Positions 37,010 to 63,059 of a stretch of 64,000 bases of DNA are shown piece by piece (the first letter of the stretch is position 1; the number at the start of each line of letters is the position of its first letter). Below the pieces are notes generated by a model. The model did not search any database, was not told the DNA's origin, and was given only the letters and a program-made list of their open reading frames with translations. Source of the DNA: Amoebidium appalachense (taxonomy: Eukaryota; Protista; Ichthyosporea); assembly GCA_963693365.1 (NCBI GenBank), contig CAVNZM010000017.1, positions 1,589,989 through 1,653,988 on the forward strand, read 5' to 3'. A program made the position numbers and the translations under genes.

Positions 37010-37517
37010 TTTCTTTACCGCAATGTCGGGGTTCGAAGTCAGACTCTGTAGCGCGTTAGGGCTACATGTTCCGATAAGGCTTTTCGGAACGACTTGTTTT
37101 TTTTTTTGTTTTTTTTTTCTTTTTTGGGGGGGGGGGGGGGGGGGGGGGGAGGGGGGGGGGGGGAAGGATAAAGATGAGGTTGTAATTAGTTTTAGTACCG
37201 TAGCTCTAAGAAGTTGAGACATGCACGTATACTGGATTGGTTTAGTGGAAGTGACCTCTCTTCTAGCTATTTGATTGGCGTGCTGCGCATCACCTGCGCA
37301 CCATCGTTTTGTTGGCAGCAAGGTACAGATGCGCCATATGGCGTCCTCCTTCTGTGTGCTTGTGAATGGAAGTGTGCACACGTGTGTGCATGTGCGTGCG
37401 CGTGCATGCGTGCCTGTGTGTGTGTGTGTGTGCATGCATCTGTGTGTGTGTGTCTATTTATAAATTAGTGCCCGTGTGTGTGTGCGCATGTGTGTGTGTG
37501 TGCGCGCGCACGCGTGG

Positions 37518-37558
<41 letters not shown>

Positions 37559-37615
37559 CGCGCGTATCATAGTGTGTTTGTGTGTGTGTGTTTGCGTATG
37601 TTTTTTCTTCTTCTT

Positions 37616-37658
<43 letters not shown>

Positions 37659-37835
37659 GCGCGTGTGCATGCGCGTGTGTGTGCGTGTGTGCATGTGTAT
37701 CATAATGTGTGTGTGCGTGCGTTTGCGAATGTGTATTTTTTTTTGTGTGTGTGTGTGTGTCGTTACAGTGTGTGTACCGTATCTGTACACGTGTGTGTGT
37801 GTGTGTGTGTGTGTGCCATGTGTGTGTGCGCGCGC

Positions 37836-37904
<69 letters not shown>

Positions 37905-38034
37905 GTGTGTGTGTTTGTGTGTGTGTGTGTGCGTGTACTCGTGTGTGCCCGTGCGTGCGTATGTGCACGGACCGTGTGTGTGTGTTGTGTATATGTATGT
38001 CCTGCAGAGATACTACAGTGGGGGAGGAAAGGAG

Positions 38035-38370
38035 GGCCCAACCACAACGGCTGAGTCAACTTGCTCCGGGTAAAAATATTCTGCAAAAAGCGCAGAATTA
38101 TCCCGTAAAAGCACAATCACTCTGCCTCTAGCAGAACTATTCTGCTTTTAGCAGAATAATGGTATTCTGCTTTTGGCAGAATTATAAGGCTTTCGACAGT
38201 AGAATAAATCTGCCAAAAGGAGATTGATTCTGCTGTTTGCAGAATAGATTCTGCTGTTTGCAGAATAATTCTGCTTTTAGCAGAACCGTTGAATTCTGCG
38301 CTTGCAGAATAATTCTGCTTTCTGCAGAATAATGCTGCTGGTAGCAAGTTGACTCGGATGTGGTTGGGCC
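38035..38370. mobile_element. MITE filled with palindromic GCAGAAT-n-ATTCTGC repeats
   Basis: TIR GGCCCAACCACA..GAGTCAACTTGCT / AGCAAGTTGACTC..TGTGGTTGGGCC. The interior consists of many GCAGAA/TTCTGC units. No clear TSD. Confidence 0.7.
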
Positions 38371-38758
38371 ATAAAATGGGAAAGACGAGAGAGAAAAGGT
38401 GTCCAGAGAAGGCCTCCCCCCCTCCCCCCCCCCCCCCTCCCCCTCCCTTCCCTCCTCCCCTCCCTCCGGCCACCTCTCCCTACGTGTAAAGTTGTAATCC
38501 TTATGGCTTCGCTCGTGTTTGAGGCTGGAAAATACGTGGAAAGTAATTCGAACGGTTGTGACCTACACGTTCTAATACACTGAGCCATGCCAATGGTTAA
38601 CATGCCGCTGTAAAAGTTTTTACAATGCGTAGACTAAACTATCGAGTCTTGCGGATGGCGTAACATCAAACGGCAAGCATTTGAAGGCAATAGAGCCGTT
38701 TGAACTTGGGATTTTGCATGACTATGTCGGTTAAACCATGATGTGCGTGTGCCCATGA

Positions 38759-38790
<32 letters not shown>

Positions 38791-39115
38791 ACCCCTCGGC
38801 CCTCTTCCCCACAGAGCCCCTCCACCAGGTCCTGGACCCACCCTTATACCTACTTCCCTCGTGCGCATGCAAAATACACACGGCCAAATGATTAAGAATA
38901 AGCACACACATGTGCACACACACAAGCACACACACGTGCACACACACCCACACACGCACACATCCACACGCACGCAACCGCAGGCACGCACAAACACACG
39001 CCCACAGGCACGCACGCACACCCGCCCGCCCGCCCGCCCACCCGCCCGCGCGCACGCACGCTCGCACACACGCACGCACCCGCACGTGCGCGCACACGCA
39101 CACACACACACACAC

Positions 39116-39165
<50 letters not shown>

Positions 39166-40076
39166 TATATATATATATATATACGCACGCATGCACGCAC
39201 ACACACACACACACACACGGCACCCACGCAACGCATGCACACACGCACACACACACGCGCGCACACTCACACGCACACACGCACATGTGTGGAGTCGTGT
39301 GGACATGCACACCAACATACCCCAAACAACAGAAACCTTTGCAATTGCATCATTCGTTCCCGGCATGCAATACATTATATTGTATGCATTTACTGTGTGT
39401 TCTCGGGGCGGCAGGCCACGGGCACTGAGCTAGCACGGGTCTGCAGATGCCATCCGTTCTGCATGCATATGCATCATATGGAACAACTGGGTTAACCCCT
39501 GGTGGTACCGGCACACTTCGTATTGGTTGGTGAACACATTAGTGTACACATGTGTAATACATCTACATAGACATAACCGTTGCTGCCCTCTTTTAATCAG
39601 AAACCCCCCTCCCCCCCTCCCCCTCCCCCCCCCCCCCCCCCCCCCCCTTCCCCCTCTAGATCTCCCCCGAGGCGAGATCTCCCCCCCCGGCCCCGGGGGG
39701 TACCCACGCCACACATGCACACAGTCATACGCACAGACACACAAACACACAAACAATTAATTTCAACTTACCCGGCAAACACTCCCTCCTCCCCTTCCTC
39801 CCTCCCCCCTCCCCCCCCCTCCCAGCTGGAACCCCACATCCCAAGTATTATCCCCCTCCCCCCTCCCCTTCCTCTTCCCCCCCCCCCCCCCTCCCCCCCC
39901 CCCCTAGCCCCGGGGGGGGTACCCACACCGCACATGCACAATGTCATACGCACAGACACACAAACACACAAACAAAACAATTTCCGAAACAAACCCGGCA
40001 ACCGGCTCTCCCCCTCTCTCCCCCCCCCCCTCCCCCCCCCCCCTCGCCCGCGGCCGGGGAGGGGGGGGGAGGAGAG

Positions 40077-40116
<40 letters not shown>

Positions 40117-40184
40117 CACACACAACACGCGCATATACACACACACACACCGTGAAGCACACAAACACATAGAACACCATATAA

Positions 40185-40251
40185 GGGAGCGTTGATTTTG
40201 AAACTGGGGAGGGGGTAGTAGAAAGTTTCGGGGGGTAAGGGGGTCGTGGGT

Positions 40252-40284
<33 letters not shown>

Positions 40285-40461
40285 ATATGTGAACATATAG
40301 TACTATATAGAAGTTATAGTACTATATAAGAGCCTGGCCGGGGTGGTGGGGTAGTTTAGGGGGGGGGGGGGGGGGTACCCGCCACCCCGTGAGAGGTTGG
40401 GGGGGAGCCCCCCCTAAACTTGCTACTACCCCCCCCCCCTGGCTTCAAAATCAATGCTCCC
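40185..40461. mobile_element. Tourist-like (PIF/Harbinger) MITE
   Basis: TIR GGGAGCGTTGATTTTGAA / TTCAAAATCAATGCTCCC, extended by imperfect inverted sequence, and flanked by a TAA target-site duplication (40182-40184, 40462-40464). Confidence 0.8.
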
Positions 40462-40908
40462 TAACAAACTTGGCAAACACAGCCGCTGTGCAAACACACA
40501 CCCGGGAGGGGCCCAGGCCTTCTCTCCAAAGCAAGCAACTTCACCACTGCCCCAGGGTCACACCGTCACACACGTGTTCGTTTATTAAGGTAGCCTTAAC
40601 CTGCCTGAAGGTGACATGGCACACTGTCCCTTTTTTGTAAAGTTCCAAAAGAAAGACAATTGCCATATAAAGGTAAGGGACGTGACGTCACATAAATGTC
40701 ATAGTGACGTGATATGACGTCATGGCATTTACAGCCTTTCATTTTGTATCCAAGCGTGTACAAGGTACATGTCATGTCACAAAGCTCGCTCAGCTATAAA
40801 ATTGTTTTCGTGAAGTTTTTTAAACTCATTTGGCAAAATCAGCTCTCTTATGTTAGCTCTCCCATACTAGATCATCACATTCCCAGCTGATGTTCATGCA
40901 TAGCAAAG

Positions 40909-42279
40909 ATGATACTAGACTCTTCCTTTCCTCTGGACTCTCTCCACGATGATATGCTCCTTGTTGTTCTCTCACACCTTCCCTTGTGTGCACGCGTATG
41001 CCTGTCACGTGTGTGCAAACGCTGGCACAAACTGGTGCACAAAACCCACTTCACCACCCCCTTCTACCTTCGGAAGGTGTGCGAGGATCATGACAAGCGA
41101 TACAATGTGTACTACAGCGCCGCAAAGGCTTGGGGTAAGAATTTCACGAGTGTTAACATGGGGTTGAACATGTTAGCGAAATACCACCCCGATGTCGACA
41201 CACAAAACATGAGGCTTTCAGAACTCCTCCAATGCTTCCCCCAGTTGGAATCCCTCGAGCTCCATTTTGTGAATCGCCAAACCCTGAATACGCTGTCCCA
41301 AAACAAGAACGCGCGAAACGTGCGGGAACTATATGTGGATGAGTACTTTGCGGATGCAGGATTGCTGGACATCTGTCCGCTGTCTTGTTTTCAAAATATG
41401 AGGAGGTTCTCGATCGAGTGGAATGAGTATCAAACTGAATTTGTAGGTTGATCTGTGCTTGCGTCTCTTCCCCTATTAAAGGCGCTACACATTATTGGGG
41501 ACATGGATGATGCTACATCATACATCATATGCGGCATCGAGGGGATTGAGGAGTTGTCGTTTAACTGTGGGAACATGACTCCCCTACAAACATTAACACG
41601 ACTTTCATCCCTGAGTTGTTCTGTCGAGGGACTCCCGGCATCGCTTGCCCCGTGGCCACAACTAACTAAGCTCTTTGTGTGTGTTGACACGGATGGAGAC
41701 GATACTCTCTCTTCCCTTCGCTTTCTTTCTACCTCACCACAACTCGAGGTCGCAAAACTGAGCAACATCGTCTGGGAGGGACCACCGGATCTATCACCCC
41801 TCTCGGCTTGTACCAATTTGAGAATTCTCGTTCTTGATGAGATAATCAACGAAAGGAATGAGAACCAAAACCCACGAACATATAATCTCGCTGCCCTGTC
41901 ATCCTGTACAAAACTCGAAGTGGTTCGCTTGGCGTTGTCCGACACCCTAAACGATTTATCGGGTCTGAGTGTGTGCACACTGCTTAAGGAGCTACGAGTC
42001 CAAGATGCGGGAGTAGTAACCGACATAACTTGTCTTGCATCGTGCAGAAATTTACGTGTGATCGAACTTCACAACGCATACATGTTGAGCGACGTTTCTT
42101 GCTTGTCAGCATGCAAACGGCTCAGGCGGTGTGTTGTCAAGGAAGCGCCCATTAGTGATGTTTCGTTTGTCAAGGAATGCCCAGCTCTGAGGGAGGTGAA
42201 CTTTGAAGGATGCACGGAGGTGCCTGATCTCGACGAGGTGCTGGAACAGTTGTTTCCGAACGTTTCCATAGTGGATTAA
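40909..42279 (+). pseudogene. F-box/LRR protein copy 3, intronless, single in-frame TGA
   Basis: F-box FPLDSLHDDMLLVVLSHLPLCARVCLSRVCKRWHKLV plus an LRR array. The frame is continuous except TGA 41449-41451, which aligns to Trp (CWD) in both paralogues. Confidence 0.85.
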
Positions 42280-44065
42280 GGCGGAAACATGGCATGATAG
42301 GCATTTGTGGTTTGGTAGCTGTACGAAGCTTCAGTTGGTTTGTGGCCCGTATCACACTAACATTTGTACCAAGTTGCTGTGTATCTACTTTTGGTGGACT
42401 AAGTGCTTTAAGGATTTGCAATTTCCAAGGATATTGAAGTGGGGAGCGAAAAAAAGATTTATTGTCGGGTTGTTTGTTGATTGTTTCGGTTAGTAAGTGC
42501 TCACAAGAGCCTACCACTCTTGTAACAAGGTTTGTTTTTTTGACAGACATAACATGTTATCATAAAGAGTATTATCCGCCTGTCTGTCACAAGTTGTTAT
42601 GCTCACGGAATGGTTCTGCTGTGACAGGCTTTCGTTAGCGTGAACACTTACCGCTGTGTATGTATGCCTTGCGATTGATGATTTTGTGCTTTTTTGAATT
42701 ATGACATTGGTTTTAAAGTTGAGTAGGCGAATAGGCTTACGAAAAGAAAGGAATTCTGCACCTTGGTTTATGTCACGTAGCGTCTTGAACTTACTTGTGT
42801 TGAGGTGGAGGAGGCCAGATGCCCCGAAACAGAGAGAAGAGGGGGGAGAGGGAAAGGGGAGAAGTCTAGGAGGTAGCAGAGATTGATTAATTAAGGAGGG
42901 AAAAGGAGAGAAATGCGATGAAAGCTCTCAGCAGCGCGTTGGAGAAAAAGACTGGTTCATTGTTATCAATCCCTCACTTTCATCAATGTAGGAACTTGTT
43001 ACGTTTTAAACTCTCCCTGTCCCGCCCCTCCCCTTCCCCCTCCCCACGGCCCACACGCCCGCAACCCCTCCCTCCCCCCTACCCGCCCAAATCCAACCCC
43101 TTCCCCTCCGGGGCAGCCTCCGAGGTCCCTTTTCCAAATTTTTCTCCCTTCCTTCTTTCCTTGATAGCTCTTTCTCGCTCATTTCCTTCATGTTCTTTTT
43201 CGCGGGGCCTGTGTGTGTGTGCAGTTTTCTATGGCCACATCAAGTGAAGTCTGCTGAACCGGGGGATGCCCAAGCGGGCAAAGTTGTTGGTCACCAAGGA
43301 CTGGTTGAATGGGCGTGGTGGAGGAGGGGGCAAGAGGAGGAGAGATTTGTGGACTCCGAGTATAGATCATCGATCGAAGGGCCAAACATGAGCAGCAGAA
43401 TGAACTTCAAGTTGCCCCCGAGCCAAATTACAGTGATTCTTTAGGAGAAAGTCTCTGCTTTCTTTTTATTAGCAATAATGAAAAGCTCGTAGCTAACTAG
43501 AAGAATTTCCTACAACAAAACCATGGCATCCTGGTCATGTTTCCAGTGCATGGACTTGGCGATGGAACACATTGGTTCCTTGCGATCGCCGTCTTCTGTC
43601 AACGAATAGTCTCTTACATGTTTACTCACAGACATTGATATTGAGCCAAATAATGACGTCACATTTAAGCGCTACTACGCTAGATTATGTAACTTAGGCA
43701 AGTGGCGCTATACCACAGAGGGCCGCGATCGGCCCCGGGACACGAAAGCAGATATCGATGTTGGACACGAAAGCAGATATCGATGTTGGGGTGATGTTTT
43801 CTGAGGGCCTTTTGGGGAGTAAAGCATTGTGAAGTTCTTCCCTCCACTAATCTATTTTTGTATGTTTTTAGTAACATTTGTTGATGTTTGTGGGTTTCAA
43901 GAAATCCCATGGTGTGTGCGCTACATTCAACAGTAAAATGCCCAGTTTAAGCCTTTGAGTTCATAGACAGACACCTGGCGGGCCAAACAGGTTGTTGAGG
44001 TTCATTCATGTCTCTGTGGTAAAAGTTGTCATAGAGTTGTGCTTATACAAGAAAACGCTGCCAAG

Positions 44066-52837
<8,772 letters not shown>

Positions 52838-53803
52838 GTTCATTACATACGGCTAAACATTGATCCTCCCCTCCCCCCCCCCCCCCTCCCCTTCTCCCCC
52901 CTCCCTCCCCCTCCCCCCTATTCGCTTAGACACTATCATTTTCTCTCTCTCTCTCTTTCTTCCCTCCCCCCTCCCCCCCTCCCCCTCATTCTCTCTTCCT
53001 CCTCCTCCCCCCCCCCCCCCCCCCCGTCCTCCGCCAACCCCTATCCCTCTTTCTTTTCTCCCCTTCCCCCTTTAATTTACCAACTCCTCCAGTTAGACGC
53101 TCTCTGTCTCTGCAGAATTTGCCAATGATAAAGTGTGTGGGTGCGTGTGGCCACACACAATGTGTACTGTGTGTGTGTACGATTTAACGTTTGGGAACAT
53201 GTACAACTCAGATACATTGTGGAACAAGTTGTTCAGCAATATGTGCTTGGAGATTAATGGTATGGACATATTTGTATAGGAGACTCGATCACAAATGCTT
53301 AGCAGCATTCGTACTTGATATTATACGAAGTGTTCGGAAATACGAAAAACGAGCTTTTAGTTGCAACTAAATCACGTCCCGTCTAAAGTACATATTTTTT
53401 CAATACCGGCATGCCATGTGGTGCGTTTCTTTCCAACCGTATACCTAATATAGTACCGAATGAAGAGTTGAATTTTTCTTTCTATTGATTTATTCAGCCA
53501 ATAGAGGTGTAGGTACGTGTCAGGAGGCAGGAGAAAGACTTTGTGAATTATTCACTAGTAAGTGCATGTGTTTAGTTGACACTGCATGAAAATCAATAAT
53601 GTTCAGAATGGTGACTAATGAATAATAAATGTAAAAAGATAATTCAACAAAAAAATTGAAAAGTATTCATATTCCTACCTTTTTTGTGTTATAAAAAAAT
53701 ATTGACGCGCAAAAGCTACCCGTCCCGTCTACGTTTGGCTAATCGCGCGATCGCTCGAAAATTTATTAGTCGATACATAATTTTTTTTTAGACTGCAATA
53801 TAT

Positions 53804-53851
<48 letters not shown>

Positions 53852-53955
53852 GATATAATTTTTTTTTGAATATTTAGTTGTTTGTGTATATAAGGTAAAT
53901 GGGGATACGGAGAGGGGGGTGGGGGGGTGGGGGTGGGGGGGAGGGGGGCAAACAC

Positions 53956-54991
53956 CTTGGCCAGGCACTTCATGATGTCACCAACACACACATCCTCCTT
54001 CCCAAACTCCCAATCGATGAACACGTGGTGTGGAAGGTTCGAGATCAGATCTCCGATCGATTGCAAGAAAATCTCTTCGTGGGTACCGACAACAAAATTC
54101 ACCGCCCCAGCGCATGCGGCCGAAATGTGCGCGTTAGGACTCTTCTCCAGAAGGCTATTTTCGGATAGCCCATCATTCAGCAAAAACCCCACCAGTTTGG
54201 TCAGGACCACGGGGCGTCAGGTGAGTTTTCCTGGCTTTTTCTTTCCTGGACCCCCCTGAAACTCCGGATAGTAGAAAAGGTTTTCCGCGTTGGTGACGTG
54301 TTGGTATTCAAAACATTGTAGAAGGGTGAGTGCAGGGTCAACTTTGGCATACTGTGCTTGAAAGCGACGCCCCGGATTGAAATATGTGCTCCATGGGCGA
54401 ACAGCCACGAACGGGCGAAATTCAGGATGGGGGGGGGGGGGGCTCAAACTCAGTCTCGATAATTGACACGTGACTCGTCCCCCCCAACTTACTGACATAG
54501 AACAGGCAGGGTTCATTGAATGGGTTTTGGTTCAGAAAATGTGCGACGCGTATCAGGTGTTGGTGGTGCTGGTGCCAGTTGGAGTACACTTTTACAGTAA
54601 AACCCCCCCTTCCTGACGCAATTTGCCTCTGAAATTCCCCGCATACTCGGCATTCTTCGAATTCCGTGTCGCACGGTGGGATGGGTGACGGGTTGCTGTG
54701 TGGGTAGTACTGCCCATCGAAATTGTTTCCTGATTGGGAGGAAAAGAATGGTAAGCATATAATTATTGGAAAGTGTGGATAATGAAAAATATCACATGTC
54801 CGTGAAAGAATGTCCCGAAATGTTAAGCAAATGCATGTATTACTCCTGGACTTCTGGGGGGGAAGGGAGGAGGGCGGGGGGGGGGGGTGGGGGGGGGGGG
54901 GGGGGGGGGGTGCAAATGGATGGCACTTCTAAAAGGATATGTCGTCTGGCCCACGGTCCACGATGTGTAGATGTACGTAGTATACACGCCC

Positions 54992-55080
<89 letters not shown>

Positions 55081-55420
55081 TCGCGCGCGCGTGCGCGCGT
55101 GTGCGCGTGTGCGTGCATGCGCATGCGGGTGCACGGGCGTGCCCACGTGTATGTATTTGTGTGTGTGTTTATGGGGAGAAGGGGGAATCAACACAAGTAT
55201 CTTGGTACTTTGTGTGTGTAGGTGGGCTTGGGGGTGCGGGAATTATCACAACTCCGTGTGTATGCATGTATGTTTAGGTGTTTGTGTGTGTCTCAGTATG
55301 CTGTAGGGAGACGGGTTTGAGTTGTGCGAAAAGAAGGGGGGGGGAGGGGGGGCGATCAGAACATTGATGATGTTTGGGCAGGCCTTCCAGTTAACGACAC
55401 AGCCCTCCGGTTGCTCCCGT
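53956..55420 (-). pseudogene. Paralogue (copy B) of the unrecognised Cys-rich gene, apparently truncated
   Basis: Exons ~55420-55363 and 54729-53956. Blocks shared with copy A: QPEGCVVNWKACPN.IN, YY...NP.PIPPC....C..C, RVA...NQNP.NEP, LE..PN.HI.AA.A.AVN, F.(D/E)WEFG.EDVCV. The introns fall at the same positions. Frameshift in G14 (54429-54442) and in-frame TGA at 54217-54219. Confidence 0.75.
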
Positions 55421-56132
55421 CTGTCAATTCGTGTTGTTAGCCTCCGAGTCAGAGAAAAAGAAGACAATCAAACATGCACCAAAAAGCATCTCTGCCCCCT
55501 CCCCACCCAACTCCCCCTGCACACATACACATACACACCAATACCACCCCCACCACCACCACCACCACACGCACATACGCACACCCCAATACCACCACCA
55601 CAAACTAGGTGTTCCTTATAGCTCTTAAACGATCCAAAATCCGAGTTGTAAAACACCCGAAATTTGACTACAGCACCTTTACGCAAGCTCAGAATCCCAT
55701 AGCAAAGGAAGAACAAGAGGTTTCTGTACCTCTCTCTCCTCTTTCGATCGTCGTCTGAAGAGATGGCGGCGAAAGAAAAAGCGCGCCAAAATTCAGATAA
55801 TACCATTAGCCATCAACAATTATAGATAGTCAAATATAGAAATACGTAAGTCAGAACCCAATCATATTTGTTTAAAGTCATTTAATTATGATGTCGAGCG
55901 GCTCACCAATTTGCCACGATAAACACACATGTTTTTCAAGAACTGCCTGAATTAACTAGTACTACAGATTACGCACAAGCGGGCACACGTGAGTCACACA
56001 ATCGTGTCGATTTTTAGTTTTTTGGTGTTGTGTTGGTTTGTTAGCACAATACGAAGGACAAGCATACACTCGCGCATATATAGGTAGCTTTTCGACTCTC
56101 ACATCCTCATATATACCACTCTCCCAACCACC

Positions 56133-59088
<2,956 letters not shown>

Positions 59089-59994
59089 ATTGGAGAATTA
59101 GATGTTTTAAAAAAAGAAAACAAGGCAGTTACAGTTTTAAGAGTTTGGAATTTTCATTTTCAGGGTGTGTTTTGAAAGTGAGTTTCGGAGAAAAGGTAGT
59201 ATGGTTAAGAGTTAACATCACAAACATGCAACAAAGAGAAGAAGAAAAAAAGAAAAAGGAAAGAAAAGGCAAAGAAACAAACCAATACATATTTAACATA
59301 CACACGGCACACACACACGCGCGTACAGACACGCATACACCCGCACACACGCGCGCGCGCACACACGCACACGCACACGCACACGCACGCGCACGCGCAC
59401 GCGCAAGCGCAAGCGCAAGCGCACGCGCACGCACACGCACACGCACACGCACACGCACACGCACACGCACACGCACACGCACACACGCACACTCACACAC
59501 ACAGAGAGAGACACACACACATCCACACACACGCACACACACACACACACGCACACTCACACACAGAGAGAGAGACACACACATCCACACACACGAACAC
59601 CCACACACACATGAGCACACGTACAAAATGAGGCAGGACTAGCACATCGATGTACATTCATGTGGTAACCGAGGCCTAGGTTTTTACGGATTACTCTGCC
59701 GATTTTGTCTATGTTCCCAGCATAATTTTGCACTATCATACTTTGTTGTGCTTCTTTGACTCCTTCATTCTCTTTTTTCCATTTTCTTTCTTTCTTCCTT
59801 TCTTTCCTTCCTTCTTCTTCTTCTTCTTACAAAGCCCAATGTGGATACTGTACATATGGTACATGCGCACAGTCGAATCGCGTGTAGGTTAGAATGTATA
59901 TGAACTTGTACATACAGAATCGTAACATATCGGGGCAGAAGACAGAAGGCACGCACTCTTATGTGGACGTCTCTTTTGAACCTTTGCTGTCTTC

Positions 59995-60043
<49 letters not shown>

Positions 60044-60485
60044 GGGGCTAAACTCGGATACTGTGGATGACGTAGGTAGGGCCCCCGTTGAGGATGGGCT
60101 TTGCTTATCATGCATACTTCTTTTATGTATGGTTTGCACTCGGCATTGTACATGTGTTGTTGGTTGTGAATGTGTGCTGCGTACTTCATAACGCATTCAA
60201 CCCCCCCCCCCCCCCCCCCCCTCCCCCCCCCCCCCCACCTTAATGCATTACCTCCCACCTGTTGATGACCAACGGGGGGGAAGGGGCTGGGACCCTCTTT
60301 ATGGCGCAGGTGCACATGTAGTTCGAAACCTACTTTTTTCTCTTTCTCTCACCTCCTTGAATTTCCCGCCCCAAAAGAAAAGTAAATCAAAGAAAATGAA
60401 GCTTGGAAGGAAACTTCGAGGGATAAGTTGGTAGGTAGGTGGGTGGTTTCCCGAGGAATTGGGGGTGGTATTTTTTTTTTTTTTT

Positions 60486-60540
<55 letters not shown>

Positions 60541-60766
60541 GCAGGGGAGCCAGAAGGAAGGAAGGGACGAATAGCAGTAACCGAAAAACTGATAGATGGA
60601 TGAGTCCGTTGGCACCCCGATTCGTCTTCATCCTCCCCCCGCTCTGCACACACACGCCGGCAGGTCCCCTCACCCCCTCCCCGTCTCTCATTTTCTTTGA
60701 GACTATCCCTGCCCCTCTCTCACTCTCTCATCTGGGGGTCCGGCCTTCAGTCTGGCTCTCTGCGAG

Positions 60767-60828
<62 letters not shown>

Positions 60829-61774
60829 ACACACCATTACTCTTTTCCCTCCCCCCCTGGACTCCTCCCAGCAGTCCTTCCGTCCGTCCCTTTCGATCCC
60901 CCTCCCCCCCCCCCCCCCCCCCCCCCCCCCTCCCCTCCTCCCCCTCCCACCCCCCACCCGGGGTCCCCTTCCTCACCGCTCCTCCCCCTTCCTTCCCTCG
61001 CTTTCCCTTTCCCCTGCTTCGAACGTGCTTCTTTCCAAAGAAGGCACGGCACAGACACACAGAAGAAGAGGGCGGAGCAGATACATATTTACAATTTCAT
61101 GCGCTTGAAGTTTCCATCCTATCACAGACAAAAATGAGCGCCCATTATTTGACAAAAAACTGCCATGTGCTCATGGTACCCTAGGGCCGTTTCTTGGTTT
61201 CCACTCCGGGTCCCCTCTGCATACTTGTGGCACCAAAACTTCAAACCGTTCCTATTTTCTATTTTATTTTACCCCGTTTTGTCTTCCGGGGGGGGGGGGG
61301 GGGGGTTGAGCGGGAGGGGGGGGGGGGGGGGGGGGGGCTCGAGAGAGAGGGGGGGGGGGGGGGGGGGGGGGCTTGTACACCCCTTTGCTAAGTTAACACG
61401 CCTTTGCCAATCAAAAAAGTTTTTAAGAAAAAAATGAATGAAAAGAAGAAAAAAAAAATCAAAACCCCGTAGGACCCTTTTTTTTTTTTTTGGCGCCCAC
61501 GGTATCGGGTACCCCACCCTGGGGCAGTGCAGCTGTGCCAAAAAAAATTTCTTTTCTTTTCTTTCTTCTTTTTTTTTTTTTTTTTTTTTTTTTGGGCTCG
61601 GCAAGTATCCCATCGGTAGACAGAGTGATACTATGATAATTTATTTTAGCCTACAAATGATTGCTCACATATCTGGCTTGATTTTTCAAGGCTAACAACC
61701 AGACGTTTTAAGCTGCTTTGAAGAACAGAAAGGGGGGGGAAAGGACAGGGCAGAATTCAGAAACTGTATTCACA

Positions 61775-62102
61775 CCTATTTATGTGATTTTCAACAGCAC
61801 CACCTATACTCATTGTTATTATTGTCACCGAGCTCCCTGGAGTACACGTAAGCTGATCAATGATTCCAATTTGCACAGCTAGGAACAATATTGCCGCACA
61901 TGGCACAGACGTTCTCGTCACTGAAGCAAATATTGTAATGTTACACTTGCCCAGCGAGCATACACTGACCCGTTCTGGCACATACAGTGGTGAACTGTAT
62001 TTAAAATAATGTGAAAATCGAGATAAATAGAGCTAAAATTTTCCACTGAGTTAGCTGCAGATACTATAAGTTGACCACACCAACCCTAGTGGAATTTTGT
62101 TA

Positions 62103-62133
<31 letters not shown>

Positions 62134-62145
62134 CACACACACACA

Positions 62146-62176
<31 letters not shown>

Positions 62177-62821
62177 CACACCACCCCTCATCGCCCCACC
62201 TCCCGGGGAAACTTACTAATAGTAAGAACTTAAGGGCCATGTTTTCAATGTTCTCCACCTGACCTATTTCCAAATTTAAGTAACCATGATCTAAAATTTC
62301 GGTCACCCCCTGTATGTATACGTACGTACAACACCCCTATGGTGTGGCACTAGTCACAGCAGTATTCCTCATCATCCGAAAAACCTGCGAATTCTGAATT
62401 TTCAATATAATCAGGCTGACTCCAGTACACCCAAAAGACAGACGGTATCCGAGGCTATGGCGACAATCACGGATCGCCTCTGTTAGCTTCTTAACCGATT
62501 CTAGATCAAGCACTATATGGCTTTGATACTCCAAACCGTTTTACACGGCAGGCAGGATCGACTCGACGGATGCACTGGCACCAAATGGCATCAGTGGCTC
62601 AAAACACAGGTTCAACCGTGCGTCGTCTTGAGAAGACTCTGAGGTGCCATAGCCATGTTAGAGTTAGAGGAACAGATACGCGTTCGATCGGATCGTCCAT
62701 ATAAGGAAACTAAAAACCGTTTTTGCGAAGGCAATAGCTCCTAACTAAGGAAAGGTATTTTGTTCCGAGGCTCAAGATATGAGCCCTTCCCCCCCTCCCC
62801 CTTCCCCCCCCTTTCCAACCC

Positions 62822-62861
<40 letters not shown>

Positions 62862-63028
62862 CCCCCTTCCCCCCCCCCCTCGCCCGCCCCCCCCTCCTCC
62901 CCGGTAATCTTCCTCCAACCCCAATCCAGACCTGCCCATCGACCCTGCAAAGAAAACGTCTGACCAGTCACTTTTCATTTCCCTTGCTCATCGCCACCCC
63001 CAGACCCTCTCTTCCCCCCCTCCCCCCC

Positions 63029-63059
<31 letters not shown>

